Below are positions 38,998 through 50,451 of a DNA stretch of 64,000 nucleotides, piece by piece. This DNA is from Octopus bimaculoides (lineage: Eukaryota), in NCBI RefSeq assembly GCF_001194135.2, contig NC_068984.1, positions 133,648,390-133,712,389 on the forward strand. The letters run 5' to 3'. Numbering within the stretch: position 1 is the stretch's first letter; each line of letters starts with the position of its first letter. Position numbers and translations under genes: made by a program. The notes beneath the pieces were generated by a model. That model did not search any database. It worked only from the letters and a program-made list of their open reading frames with translations, and was not told the DNA's origin.

Positions 38998-39536
38998 TGA
39001 TTATCTTCATACAACGTGTATCATATTAATGTAATTAAAACAAAGCAACAGTAGAACAAAGCTGTCAGAGTAACAATATTAACTCCGACTTTATGATGTA
39101 TTGCAACATAGCTATCAGCAAAATCTCACTATGGATAACAAAAACTCACTCCATTTGCTATTGTTAACAATACCCATCCATAAGTAAATTGTATTAAAAA
39201 ATCAAACAGTTATTGGATTGAGTTACAAGAAACACCTAACTTCAGATCAAATAACTGTCATCACTGAAAAACCAAAAGTGAGTACAGTTTGGCCACCAGA
39301 TTACTCAAGACATTAACATTTTCATGAAACAATGATGCTCTACTGCAATAGTTAATAATGATGATATATATATATAGCTGTAAAAGGACTTCCTCAGTTT
39401 TCTTACTGATTCCTATACATTGCATCCTTTTCCTCATGAATTGCTATTTCTATCAGAATTATAACTGATCCTCTCCATGAAATCTTATAACAACATTTCA
39501 TAGACGGGATATTATATTATATTTCAATGTTAAATC

Positions 39537-39645
39537 AACTTGCTCAGTTCCAATGTTCTTCAATGAGAGCCAGTGGCATTGTTGACAATAGGCAGTTGTC
39601 TGCACACTGCACCATCAGACGCAAATTACAGCATCACTGCAAGTT
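39537..39645 (-). ncRNA. SNORD16: C/D box snoRNA U16 (SNORD16), copy 5 (divergent)
   Basis: Stem, C box (AGTGATGC), guide GTAATTTGCG-T-CTGA and D box are retained. The second element is changed to CAACTGCCTATTGTCAAC. Confidence 0.8.
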
Positions 39646-40289
39646 AATGCTCAAAGAAAAACAAAAAAAAACCTTTGTGTTTTCCATATCCAAGACTAAT
39701 TCAATGAGATACCAAATGTCCAACTTAATTACTTTATATGAAAATTCCAAAAATAACTTGGTAGAAATTGATTTGATAATTAATAGAACCATAATTCAAG
39801 TTACTTTTCTGGCTATTTCTGTTGGATGTTCAAGCTAGTATAGATAATATTTTGTGTTGTTTTACAAGATGAATTTCCAACTGCATGCCATTACCAGTTA
39901 AACTCAGAAGTTTGTAGCATGCAAGAGTTACAATACAGCAAAATTTTTAACATTACTTGTCACCAATCCTGTACCTTAACTTAATAGCATGAATTCTCAT
40001 TTACTACACAGTGGGGTATTTACTATACAGGGCAGGGGGGCTCCGAAAGGGGTCTCAGGGAGTAGCACCCCTACCTTCCTGAGCTAGTTTTCCACCACAT
40101 TTCTTAAAATGATCTACCTCGGTTGCAATGGCATTGAGGTAGATCTGGCCACCCCTGTTAACGGGGACAAAACCCGGATTTAAAAAACTAAAACAGGGAC
40201 AAAACCCAGATTTAAAACCTCGTAAAACATTAGATGATGATGAAATGCCTTTTCATTATACACCACAAATGTTCAAAATTATTGCATTG

Positions 40290-40846
40290 GAATGCACTCC
40301 TGGCAACTCTCATGGCTTGACTAGTGCTTTGTGAGAATTTAAAAAGTGCAGCTCCCAAAATTACTGCAGAGCTTAATGACCACCTCGAGAACCCAGTTTC
40401 CACAAAAACTGTTTGCCGGGAGCTGCACAAAGCCAGATTTCACAGGAGGACTGCAATCAGAAAACCACTACTTACAAAAACAAATGTTGCAAAGCATTTA
40501 GAGTGGAGTCAAAACCTACAGAATTGGTCCTTAGAGCAGCAGAAGAATGTTATTTTCTCGGACAAGTAATCCTTTACCTTCATTTTATCTGATCAAATTC
40601 ATTTTATGTTTGTGAAACTGTTTCCGGAGGGAAACGCAATCTTTCAGGATGATAATGCACCAATTCACACAGCTGAAGTTGTTACTGAATGGCACGAGGA
40701 ACATTCTATGAAAACAATTCAAACTTTGTACGAGTCCATACCTCGTAGAATTTAAGCTGTAATTACTGCTAAAGGTGGTCCTAGCCCATATTAAAATAAA
40801 TTTGTTTGAAATTTTAAAGTGTTTCCATTATTTTGTCCAAACCCTG
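40290..40846 (+). mobile_element. Internally deleted Tc1-type transposon fragment between U16 copies 5 and 6
   Basis: ITAELNDHLENPVSTKTVCRELHKARFHRRTAIRKPLLTKTN...VIFSD, QDDNAPIH, IPRRI*AVITAKGGP and terminal AGTGTTTCCATTATTTTGTCCAAACCCTG. Confidence 0.85.
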
Positions 40847-41350
40847 TGTGTGTGTGTACCTCCTTGCCTTGACATTACATAATGTTGTAAATGAATGCCT
40901 TTCCTTTCCAATATTCTGTTAGAATGTCTTCCAATGGGGAAATATTACCTTGCTTGGAAACAGAAAACCATAGAAAACCTGCTTCAATAATCTCTCTCCA
41001 GCCCAGGCAAGCAAGGGAAAGTAGACATTAAAATGGCAATAATTCTGATAGCTATCATTCTCCTTAGATCACAGTCAATACTATCGTTATTTATATTGAT
41101 GTCTCCTTGTCTTTCTACCAATAAATAGACCTCCAGTAAATTCTACCCATATCCACACTAAACATACCAACCTACCATTTGCTCCTTCACTATTATACAC
41201 TTTCCAACCTGAATCTCTCAGTTAACTCACTGAGAAGACCTAAGAGGTACTGTAGATAATTTTTTCTACTTAATATTAAATTATCATACAAAATAGCACC
41301 TAAAATTACAGAATCCTTAAACAAAATTTAATGAATTCTTCGCTTCAATT

Positions 41351-41460
41351 AACTTGCTCAGTTTAAAACTTCTTCAATGAGAGCCAGTGACATTAATTGA
41401 CAGCAGGCAACTGTCTGCACACTGCACCATCAGACGCAAATTACAGCATCATTGCAAGTT
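41351..41460 (-). ncRNA. SNORD16: C/D box snoRNA U16 (SNORD16), copy 6
   Basis: AACTTGCAATGATGCTGTAATTTGCGTCTGA...CAGTTGCCTGCTGTCAA...CTGAGCAAGTT with a perfect terminal stem. Confidence 0.88.
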
Positions 41461-42423
41461 AGCTCAACACTATAGTACAAAAATATCACTAAACAGAGAG
41501 GAAAAAATTATCGTTCATGAAATGACAGGAATATGTTGTAAACTTCGCCTTAATAGAATATTACTAGTGGTAAATACGTCCACAACAAAATACTTTCTTA
41601 CATCTTGTATTCATAGCATATACCAAGCAAATAAAATCAAAAATCTTTTAATTATTCCCAACCAGCATCAATATGGCATTGAAGAGTAAGTTCTCAAATA
41701 AACATTGAATAATATGACACCAGAATAGCGAGTATTCATGTTATATACATTATCTGGAAAAAGTATAACACATGCATGAAATATTACTTGCCCACGTTTT
41801 GTTTCTATATATTTTCTGCAGAAATCGATTATAATCTTCTTTGAGATTTATTCAAAAGCAAATGACTATTCATTTTTGTTTCTAACTGAAAATGCAGGCA
41901 TGACTCACTTTGCAACTACATGGCTTCAAGTTCAGTCCCATTGCATGTCTTTCTCCTTCTATAACTCTGGGCCAAACAATACCTTTTGAGTTTATTTGCA
42001 TGTTTGGGCACATGCACCATTGAGTTTGTGTAACCTCCACCACTGCTCAACAGCTGGTGTTGGTTTGTTTATGCTCTTATAATTTAGTGATTTCAACAAG
42101 AGACCAATAGAATAAGTACCAGAGTTTAAAGGAAAAAGGAAAACTGAATTTTTGCCAAAATATAATGGGTATTTAGTACTAATGGCTAAAAAGACATTAC
42201 ATTATATATCAACTTTATATCCCACTATACTTTTAGCTTTTTTTTTGTCAAGTTATGTTCCAAGTACTACTGTAATATATTGTTATATTTGTTTTACAAA
42301 ATCACTATAAACTTTTAAGAGACAGAGTGCGTTTTTAATTAGAAATATTGTAGCAAAAAAGGATCAACGAAAAGAACTTACCATATTCTGTATACAAGCA
42401 GGCTAAAGCCTTCTTATGTTTTG

Positions 42424-45400
42424 CTAAACGCAATTAAATGGCGGTTCACCACCATCATTATATTTTGCAGCAATGACAGTTCTGATATCTTTCATGGTAG
42501 TCTAAAAATTACAAAAATGTCATTTTGTCAGTAATATATTCAGTGCCTTAAATGAGAAAAATAAAATATTGTAAAGGTTATTACATTTTCTGATTACAAT
42601 TCAAAATGGAAATATTGGATTCTTAGAATCAATAACACTGTATAAGCCATTTATTGTGATCATTTTAGGATAGAGCCTTTTAGATAACATTAAGGAGATG
42701 ATATAACAATATTCTGTGCATGTCTTAGAGCCACTAATTTCCAATAACTAAATGATAATGATGATTTAGTAACACTGAACAAGATTATCATCAGCTGCTG
42801 TCAATTCATTTGAAGTGTGGCATAGCATTTTTACTTATTTCACTTTACATGGTTCAAACTTTAGCAGAAATAGTACAATAGATTCAATACATTATAGCAC
42901 TTAGATTTGTACTTCAGGATATCATCATCATCATTTAACATCTGCCTTCCATGCTGGTATGGGTTGAAAGTTTCTACAGGATCCATGAATTGGAGAACTA
43001 CATCAAACTCCACTATCTGCTTTGAAATGGTTTCTATGGCTGGATGCCCCTCCAAATGACAACAGTTTTACTGAGTGTATTGGGTGCTTTTTCTTGTGGT
43101 GCCAGCACTAGTGAGATGGCCATATAACTAGCAAGATTAAAAAGACCCCCTCAACTGAACGAGAGCATAACTGGTGCTCTGACAGCAACAACATTGAGGG
43201 TTCCAGTTGATCCAATCAATGTTAACAGCTTGTTCATGAAATTAACATGCAAGTGGCTAAGCACTCCACAAACAGGCACACCCTCAACATAGTTCCCAAG
43301 GAGATTCAGTATGGTACAAACTGTGACAAGGCTGGCCCTTTGAAATAAAGGTAATACTCATTTTTGCTGGTTGAGTGAACTGGAACAATATGGAACAAAA
43401 TGTCTTGCTTAAAGTCACAATGCACTGCCAAGAATTGCACTTTGTGACATTACAATCATGAGCCAATACTCTAACCACTAAGCCATGTGCCTTCACTGGG
43501 TCGTCATTTAACTTCCGCTTTCCATGCTAGCATGGGTTGGACGATTTGACTGAGGACTGGTGAACCAGATGGCTACACCAGGCTCCAATTTGATTTGGCA
43601 GAGTTTCTACAGCTGGATGCCCTTCCTAATGCCAACCACTCAGAGTGTAGTGGGTACTTTTACGTGCTACTGGCACAAAGACCAGTCAGTATAGTAAAAA
43701 GAGAGGCAGCATAATGCTAGATGTTGAGTGATTGAAGTAGGATATAGGGGTGGGAAATGGTTTCCTGCTGTAAAGGAGAGACATAGCTACCCCACATAAT
43801 ATAAAGGTGGGTGGAAGTAATTAGGGAGAAACTGGAAAGAGTAATAAAGATGGTGACACCAAGCTATAAGAAGGTAAATAGAAGAGAAAGTAGAAGTGGA
43901 TCAGGAATGGTAGGTAGGTAGAGTTTGCAAGAGCATGGGATAATTGTAAGAAAAGGTAGTGAATTGTAAACAAGGACAATAGTAAAAGAGTTGGAGGGGA
44001 AGGGGGTAAGAAGCAGGAGTGGAGGTGACGACGGCGGCGGGGGGGGGCAGAGATCTGTAGTTATGCCATTTACTGTACTTGAGAAGACATGTCAAGCTAA
44101 GTGAAATTGTAGTCATGACCAATGCCAGTGACATGTGGAGTGGTTGGCATTAGGAAGGGCATCCAGCCATAGAAACCAAGCCAAATCAGACTGGAGCTCT
44201 GTGCAGCTCTCTGGCCTATCCATCCCAGTCAGCCCATCTAACCCATGCCAGCTTGGAAAATGGATTGCTAAATGATGATGATGATGATGATATATATATA
44301 TATATATCATCATCGTTTAACGTCCGCTTTCCATGCTGGCATGGGTTCGACGATTTTCACTGAGGACTGCTGAACCAGATGGCTACACCAGGCTACAATC
44401 TGATTTGGCAGAGTTTCTACAGCTGGATGCCTTTCCTAACGCCAACCACTCCGAGAGTGTAGTGGGTGCTTTTACATGCCACCATATATATATATATATA
44501 TATATTGTGCAAATGTACATTTGTGTAAAATCAACTTGCTTGAACAGAATGTTTGTAAAATTGACCAATAACCCTAAACACCTCAAAGCAGATTATGTAC
44601 ATTTTCTCAATAATAAATGGAATACAAATTACCTTAAAATCAGGATATGGAATCCACTTCAGAGCAAGCAATCTCTTACGATCAGCCTTAGAAACTGATG
44701 ACAAGTATTTGGTAATTGGTTTGCATGTCTTGCAGGGGCCAAATAAGCGGTTTAGTTCTAAACGGATATCTCCTTCACCAACATACAGCGTTATCCATGT
44801 TTTACTAAATTTATACCAGCGAAGTACTATATAAACACCTTCCATGGATGTTGGTCGTGCATCGTACCTCTGAAATGTTGCATTATACAAACTGTCTACG
44901 AATGCTTCTGTTTTCTGTAAGAAGAGAACATTTCAAAATTTACGTTTCACAAAAGATGAAACAGATTTTTAGCTAAGATCCAAAAGCTACATCTAAAAGA
45001 ACATAATACAAAGAAAAAAAAAATCTAGTCAGCACAATCCTGAAATAGCTTCTGCAATATCTGGTTTAACAGATGAACAGTAGAAGTTAATAGTTAACAA
45101 ACATGCTGAAAAATGGAGTGCTTTTTCTTAGACAAGGGATTTCATCAGCTTATTTGCAATACTTACACTGTCTAATGGAGCTTTTGTTTTGTTTACTTGA
45201 GCAGGCGTGATAGTGGCCCCACCAGCTGGCCTAGAAATAACAATAAAATATTAGCATCAGACAAGACTTGGAGAAAAAAGTAGTGGATGCATTTAAATAG
45301 ACTGGTCAAATTAAGAAGAATTTACCCTGACTACTTTCAATACTATTTCACTTTTCTAGAAAGAGCAATATTTCCTTAATAACATTTCCTCATTGATCAT

Positions 45401-46989
45401 AATCATTTAACGTGTTTTCCATGCTGGCATGGGTTGGACGGTTTAACCAGATCCAAAGAGCAGGAGGATTGTGTCAAGTTCCAAAGGCTGCATTGGCATA
45501 GTTTCTGTGGCTGGATGCCTTTTCTAAAGTCAACTACTTTAACATTAATTTTTAAAAAAAAGAAAAAATGCATCGGCCTAGAATTTGAGAAAAAAAAAAT
45601 TATTATTAACTTGTAAGCAAGAAAATTCCACAATATTTTCTCGAAGGCATGTTCCTTTAAATGCACACACACATCAAGTGGCAAAAGTAAAGAAAAATTC
45701 ACTTAGGCTAGATAAAGTTACCAACTGGAAGATTGTTTGGCAATATGGAAATTAGATGTGTTGACTTTCGTTTTTTTAAAGATGTCAGTATTAAAAGTTA
45801 CTGGTACTAATTTATGTTTACATAAGATTAAATTCCAAGTGCATAAAATTTTGCATTTCAAATTTATTAGAAACTGTGCTAAGGGCGAACTTGAAAGGTT
45901 TAAGATTATTCCAACAAAGTATCTTATTTGCCGCAACAAGAAAGCCCGAAGTTCTGACAAGTAATCGGTTTTACTAAGACTGAAACTTGCCATCAAATTA
46001 CCTAAAAAGAATAATTGTATGTAAAAAGTGAACAGATAATGAAACGACGTCAGAACTGGAATAAAAGCTCTAACTCCGAGAGGTAGAATTTCATACAGAG
46101 CTAGCAAGAGATGGATCGTAAGATTGCCATATATATATATATATATAAAAACTTCTTACAATCTTTTTAATCTTATGAGGAGTTAAATGAATTGGATTTG
46201 AGGATAGAAGATAGCTTATTAAGTTAAAGCACAAAACCGGTCATTGTAATACGGTCTCGATCGTTTAGTGAGTATTCACCAAAGTTTTATCAATACTTTC
46301 ATACGGGAAAACTATCATATATCTACTAACGTCATCATCTCTTACGAGACTTAGCTGTCTGTTCAAATGAGTAAAGATATATTATAAAGAAAGAAATACA
46401 TTAATAACTTTTAAAAAATCCAAAGTGTCTGGTAATATTGACACGTGACAATTTCTTAGAACTTAAAATACATTTTCTCAGAGCAGCTATTTATAATACC
46501 TTCTTAGAAGCTCTTCAATTTGAGAGAAGGGAACAATCGGTTATACTGAACCTAATACTTTGGACCATTCTTCTTGAATAGTACCCTATATTTCATCGAT
46601 CCGAAAGGATGAAAGTTGATCTAGGAGGGATTTGAACTCAGAACGTAATGGTGCAAGAATAAATATTTCTTTATAAATTAATAATTATAAGAAATAGAAA
46701 AAAAAAGCTTAACAGAATAAATTTGAAGAATGATGTTAGTTTGAGAATTAAATTCAGTAACGAAGATGATCTCTCTCCTAGTTAACTAATTATTTAAATA
46801 GGACTCTGGGTGATATATGGAGAAATGAAGAAAGAAACTGACGAAAAAGGGAGGGAGAGGATACGAGGAGACATGTGCTGCTTTAGGTTATGTGGCCACC
46901 ATGTTGTAAAATAAAGTACAAAAATTACATGATTTTCAACCAACTTACGGTTTGTAAGCTTGCTTATTCTTTTTGCGTGCCATAGTCAT
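42424..46989 (-). CDS. Uncharacterised small GIY-YIG-like protein; complement(join(42424..42501,44633..44869,45167..45230,46949..46989)), 139 aa
   Basis: Four exons with canonical sites and matching phases (2,0,0): MTMARKKNKQAYKPPAGGATITPAQVNKTKAPLDSRYDARPTSMEGVYIVLRWYKFSKTWITLYVGEGDIRLELNRLFGPCKTCKPITKYLSSVSKADRKRLLALKWIPYPDFKTTMKDIRTVIAAKYNDGGEPPFNCV*. The GVY...YVG...DIR...PPFN pattern resembles the GIY-YIG superfamily. The three 3' exons are well supported; the first exon is less certain. Confidence 0.75.
45722..46001 (-). CDS. Alternative/cassette exon of the GIY-YIG-like gene (ATG at 45993 gives a 216-aa form)
   Basis: Acceptor attattctttttag| at 46001 and donor TG|GTAACT at 45722 (phase 2, in frame with exon 45230). 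Open frame MASFSLSKTDYLSELRAFLL...KQSSSW of 90 aa. Confidence 0.45.
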
Positions 46990-48702
46990 TTATCAATATC
47001 ACAAGAGTTGGTCTGCTTTTAAAAGGTAGAGCGACAAAAAATAGACAAAGTTTGTGGAACTCTCAGAGAACAGGTCAGGTGTAGATGGAGAGCCACGCTT
47101 GAAAAGGAAGGAGGAGATAATTGCAACGTTCAACTACGCCTGCGTCATTATACTATGGAATGAAAGAATAGTCAGAATTGCAGAAGTATGGATGGACAGA
47201 TATTTGGGATTAATTCTCAGCTAATCACGAAATGCAATCTCTAAGTTTTTACTGATTGGAACAGGACTTTATTAAATCTCGAGAAAACCATTGTCGACAA
47301 ATCACATGAAATATATATATATGTAAAAGAAGTAGGAATTTAAGCGTATTCCTCTACTATCTTTGTTTCCTCATAACTATCACAGAAATGGATATTAGTG
47401 GTAGGGAATGAGTGGCACAATTGTGTAGCTATGCCAATTTAAGTATGGATGCTAGTACGACAAATAATTCTAGTTCTTTTCTTGGCGATCATGTTGGTTT
47501 CACTCCCGCAAGTTTTGATTTTCCTTAGGTTTTGCAGTTGAACGATTATAATAATAATGGTTCCAAATTTTGGCTCGGGACCAGAAGTTTTTGAGAGGAG
47601 GGAAATCGATTACATCGACCCTAGTTCTTGACATGGACTTCTTATTTTACCGACACCGAAAGGATGAAACGCAAAGTCGACCTCGGCGGAATTTGAACTC
47701 AGGACGTAAAGACGGATTAAATACCGCTAAACAATTTTGCCCGGCGTGCTAACCATTTTGCCCGCAGCTCGCTTAACAAATTCGTTTTTCGTTTATCGCA
47801 CAATTTTTGTTTTTGTACATCACTTATTCTTTTGCTTTCCGCTCAATCATAGTAGCCAGAGCCTATATGTAACCGCCCGACGTACTAGAAATAATAACCA
47901 AGTCTCCTTCATGAATCAGCAAAAATCAAATCGCTTCCAAACAAATATACTTTTTCCTTAAGCATTTGTATGTAAGAAAGATGGAAATAAATAGATTAAC
48001 GAAATGAAATAACTTTTAAAGATTTTAAAAATTATGTTATAGACCGAAAGTTAAAAAAACAGGAGACGGTGAATATAAAACATGTTTTGTTAAAACATTT
48101 ATTTGATATATAGAGCCATTTAGAAAGTACGAAATTTACTTTAAAAAAGGTTGTGACAGAGGATATAAAGCAGTAATAATTTAGTTCCCAAACCGGTTGA
48201 ATGTGTGGTTTACAAGCTCGTTTTGCAACCATGTGGGTTTGGGTTCAGTCCCACTGCGCGACACATTGAGCAAGTATTTCCTACTATAGTCCCGGGCCGA
48301 CCAATATGCAGACGGGAACTGTAAGGAAGCCCGTCGCTAGTATGTGTATACACATTTGTGTGTTTGTATTTGTCTCCTATCACGGCCTGACAACCAGTGT
48401 TGGTTTGTTTGCGCCCCCGTAATTCAAGGGTTCGGCAGAAAGAGACCAATAGAACAAGTACCAGGCATTAAAAAAATAAGTCATTGGGGGCGATTTATTC
48501 TACTAAACCCTTTACGGTGGTATCCTAGTATGACAACAGTCCAATGAGTGAAACATCTAAAAGATAGAAAATAAGTTTTTCCTTGCATCTCAGCAGAATT
48601 AATTTAGGTCAATAATCATACCAATGTCTTTTAATTCCTTGCTGATATTTGATCATTTCCAGGAACAATTTTAGATCCTGTGATGGACCAGCGTCATCCC
48701 AT

Positions 48703-50451
48703 CCAGGAAATATATATGCCAAAGAAACGGGGAAATCAGCCCTAAGGTCCTTATGGAGTAATGTGGACTAACCATAACCTTTTTTGTTTTTATAATTGAC
48801 ATTAATTTCCACCTTATTCGGTCCTTTTCTAGGACAACCTGTGATGAGGCAGCACCTGAATACCACAAATTGGATAGTCCAAGAATTTTGAGTTCTAGAT
48901 GTGGTCTTCCGCAAAACTACAGCTTTGTGTATTGAATTCTTCTCTGCTACAGATCTTCCTTCACCTTATGCATTTCTTATGCTAAAGCAACAAATAAATT
49001 AATTAGTAAATATGTATCTTTTCCTCAATTTAAAATTCAAATTTTAGATGAACCCAGAAATAGTACAGATCAAGAATTTTTCCACCCTTTTAAATGTTAT
49101 ACATGAGCCAGCAATTCATCATTGAGCCATGTTGTAGACTTTATACATCACTTCCTATGTGTCATTTCTTGAAGTTTGCTCACCTTTTGAGTATTGCGTT
49201 TCAGATCCACACCACAAACATTTGCACTGTCTGAACTTTTTTAGATGTAATTGTAAGGNNNNNNNNNNNNNNNNNNNNNNNNNNNNNNNNNNNNNNNNNN
49301 NNNNNNNNNNNNNNNNNNNNNNNNNNNNNNNNNNNNNNNNNNNNNNNNNNNNNNNNGGGCTGGTAGAATCATTGGTGACCAGTGATGAAGTCACAGGAAA
49401 AAAGTCACAATTTTGGCTGGGACACAATTAATTTATGGTGGCCAGTAATAAAGTCACAGGAAAAAAAGTCACAATTAATTTATGGGATCTGGACAAAACC
49501 CCCTCAGACACACACACACACCCGCCCGAACAAAACCCCTGTGACTTTTTTACCTGGATTCAAGCCATTAGCACGCCAGGCAAAATGCTCAACAGCATTT
49601 CATCAATCTTTATGTTCTGTGTTCACATTCTGCCAAGGTTGACTTTGCCTTTCATCCTTTTGAGGTCGATAAATAAGTACCAGTTGAAGACTGGGATCGA
49701 TGTAATCAACTTATCTCCTCTCCCAGAATTTCAGGCCTTGTGCCAAAATTTGAAACCGATATTCTTATAGTTGTAACCCTTTGAAGCATAGACCAATTTG
49801 AGTTGGCTGAAATTTCCTGTTTCTGAGGTGACATAAAATGTTACTTTTTCCTAACACATTCACTGCTGTTTTCTGTTGCTATACATTCATCTACAGTAGC
49901 CAGATAGCTTCTGTGGTTGCTTGACCGAACCTCCCTTGACAATAGCAATGAGCAAATCATTTGTTCCTCCCCCATTTTTTTTTTTTTAGGAGGCACATGG
50001 CTTAGTGGTTAGGGTGTTGGACTCATGATTGTAAGATTATGGTTTTGATTCCTGGACCAGGTGATGCATTGTGTGCTTGAGAAAAACACTTCATTTTTGC
50101 ATTACTCTAGTCCACTCCAGGGAATATATATGCCAAAGAAACAGGGAAATCAGCCCTAAGGTCCTTATGGAGTAATGTGGACTAACCATAACCTTTTTTT
50201 GTTTTTATAATTGACATTAATTTCCACCTTATTTGATCCTTTTCTGGGACAACCTGTGATGAGGCAGTACCTGAATACCACAAATTGGATAGTCCAAGAA
50301 TTTTGAGTTCTAGATGTGGTCTTCCGCAAAACTACAGCTTTGTGTATTGAATTCTTCTCTGCTACAGATCTTCCTTCACCTTATGCATTTCTTATGCTAA
50401 AGCAACAAATTAATTAATTAATATGTATCTTTTCCTCAATTTTAAATTCAA
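48703..50451 (+). repeat. ~335-bp direct repeat pair (48703-49040 and 50117-50451) on either side of an N gap
   Basis: Near-identical CCAGG(A/G)AATATATATGCCAAAGAAAC...TCCTCAATTT(A/T)AAATTCAA with a few substitutions. Confidence 0.9.

Noticed and set aside
36597-41460. CRISPR-like repeat-spacer array
   Set aside because: The units are ~110 nt with C/D boxes and an 18S guide, the spacers are 0.5-1.7 kb, the context is eukaryotic and there are no cas genes.
44633-44869. GIY-YIG exon as a Penelope retroelement remnant
   Set aside because: There is no adjacent RT and no Penelope-type Cys/His spacing between the GIY and YIG motifs. The ORF is intron-split with clean phases, which fits a host gene. 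Ancient domestication is not excluded.
36000-46000. U18 snoRNAs or RPL4 exons accompanying U16 as in vertebrates
   Set aside because: I saw no U18 guide sequence and no RPL4-like coding sequence.
46949-46989. Histone H3-tail mimicry in MARKKNKQ...PAGG
   Set aside because: The similarity to ARTKQTARKSTGG is weak and explained by a generic basic NLS-like tail.
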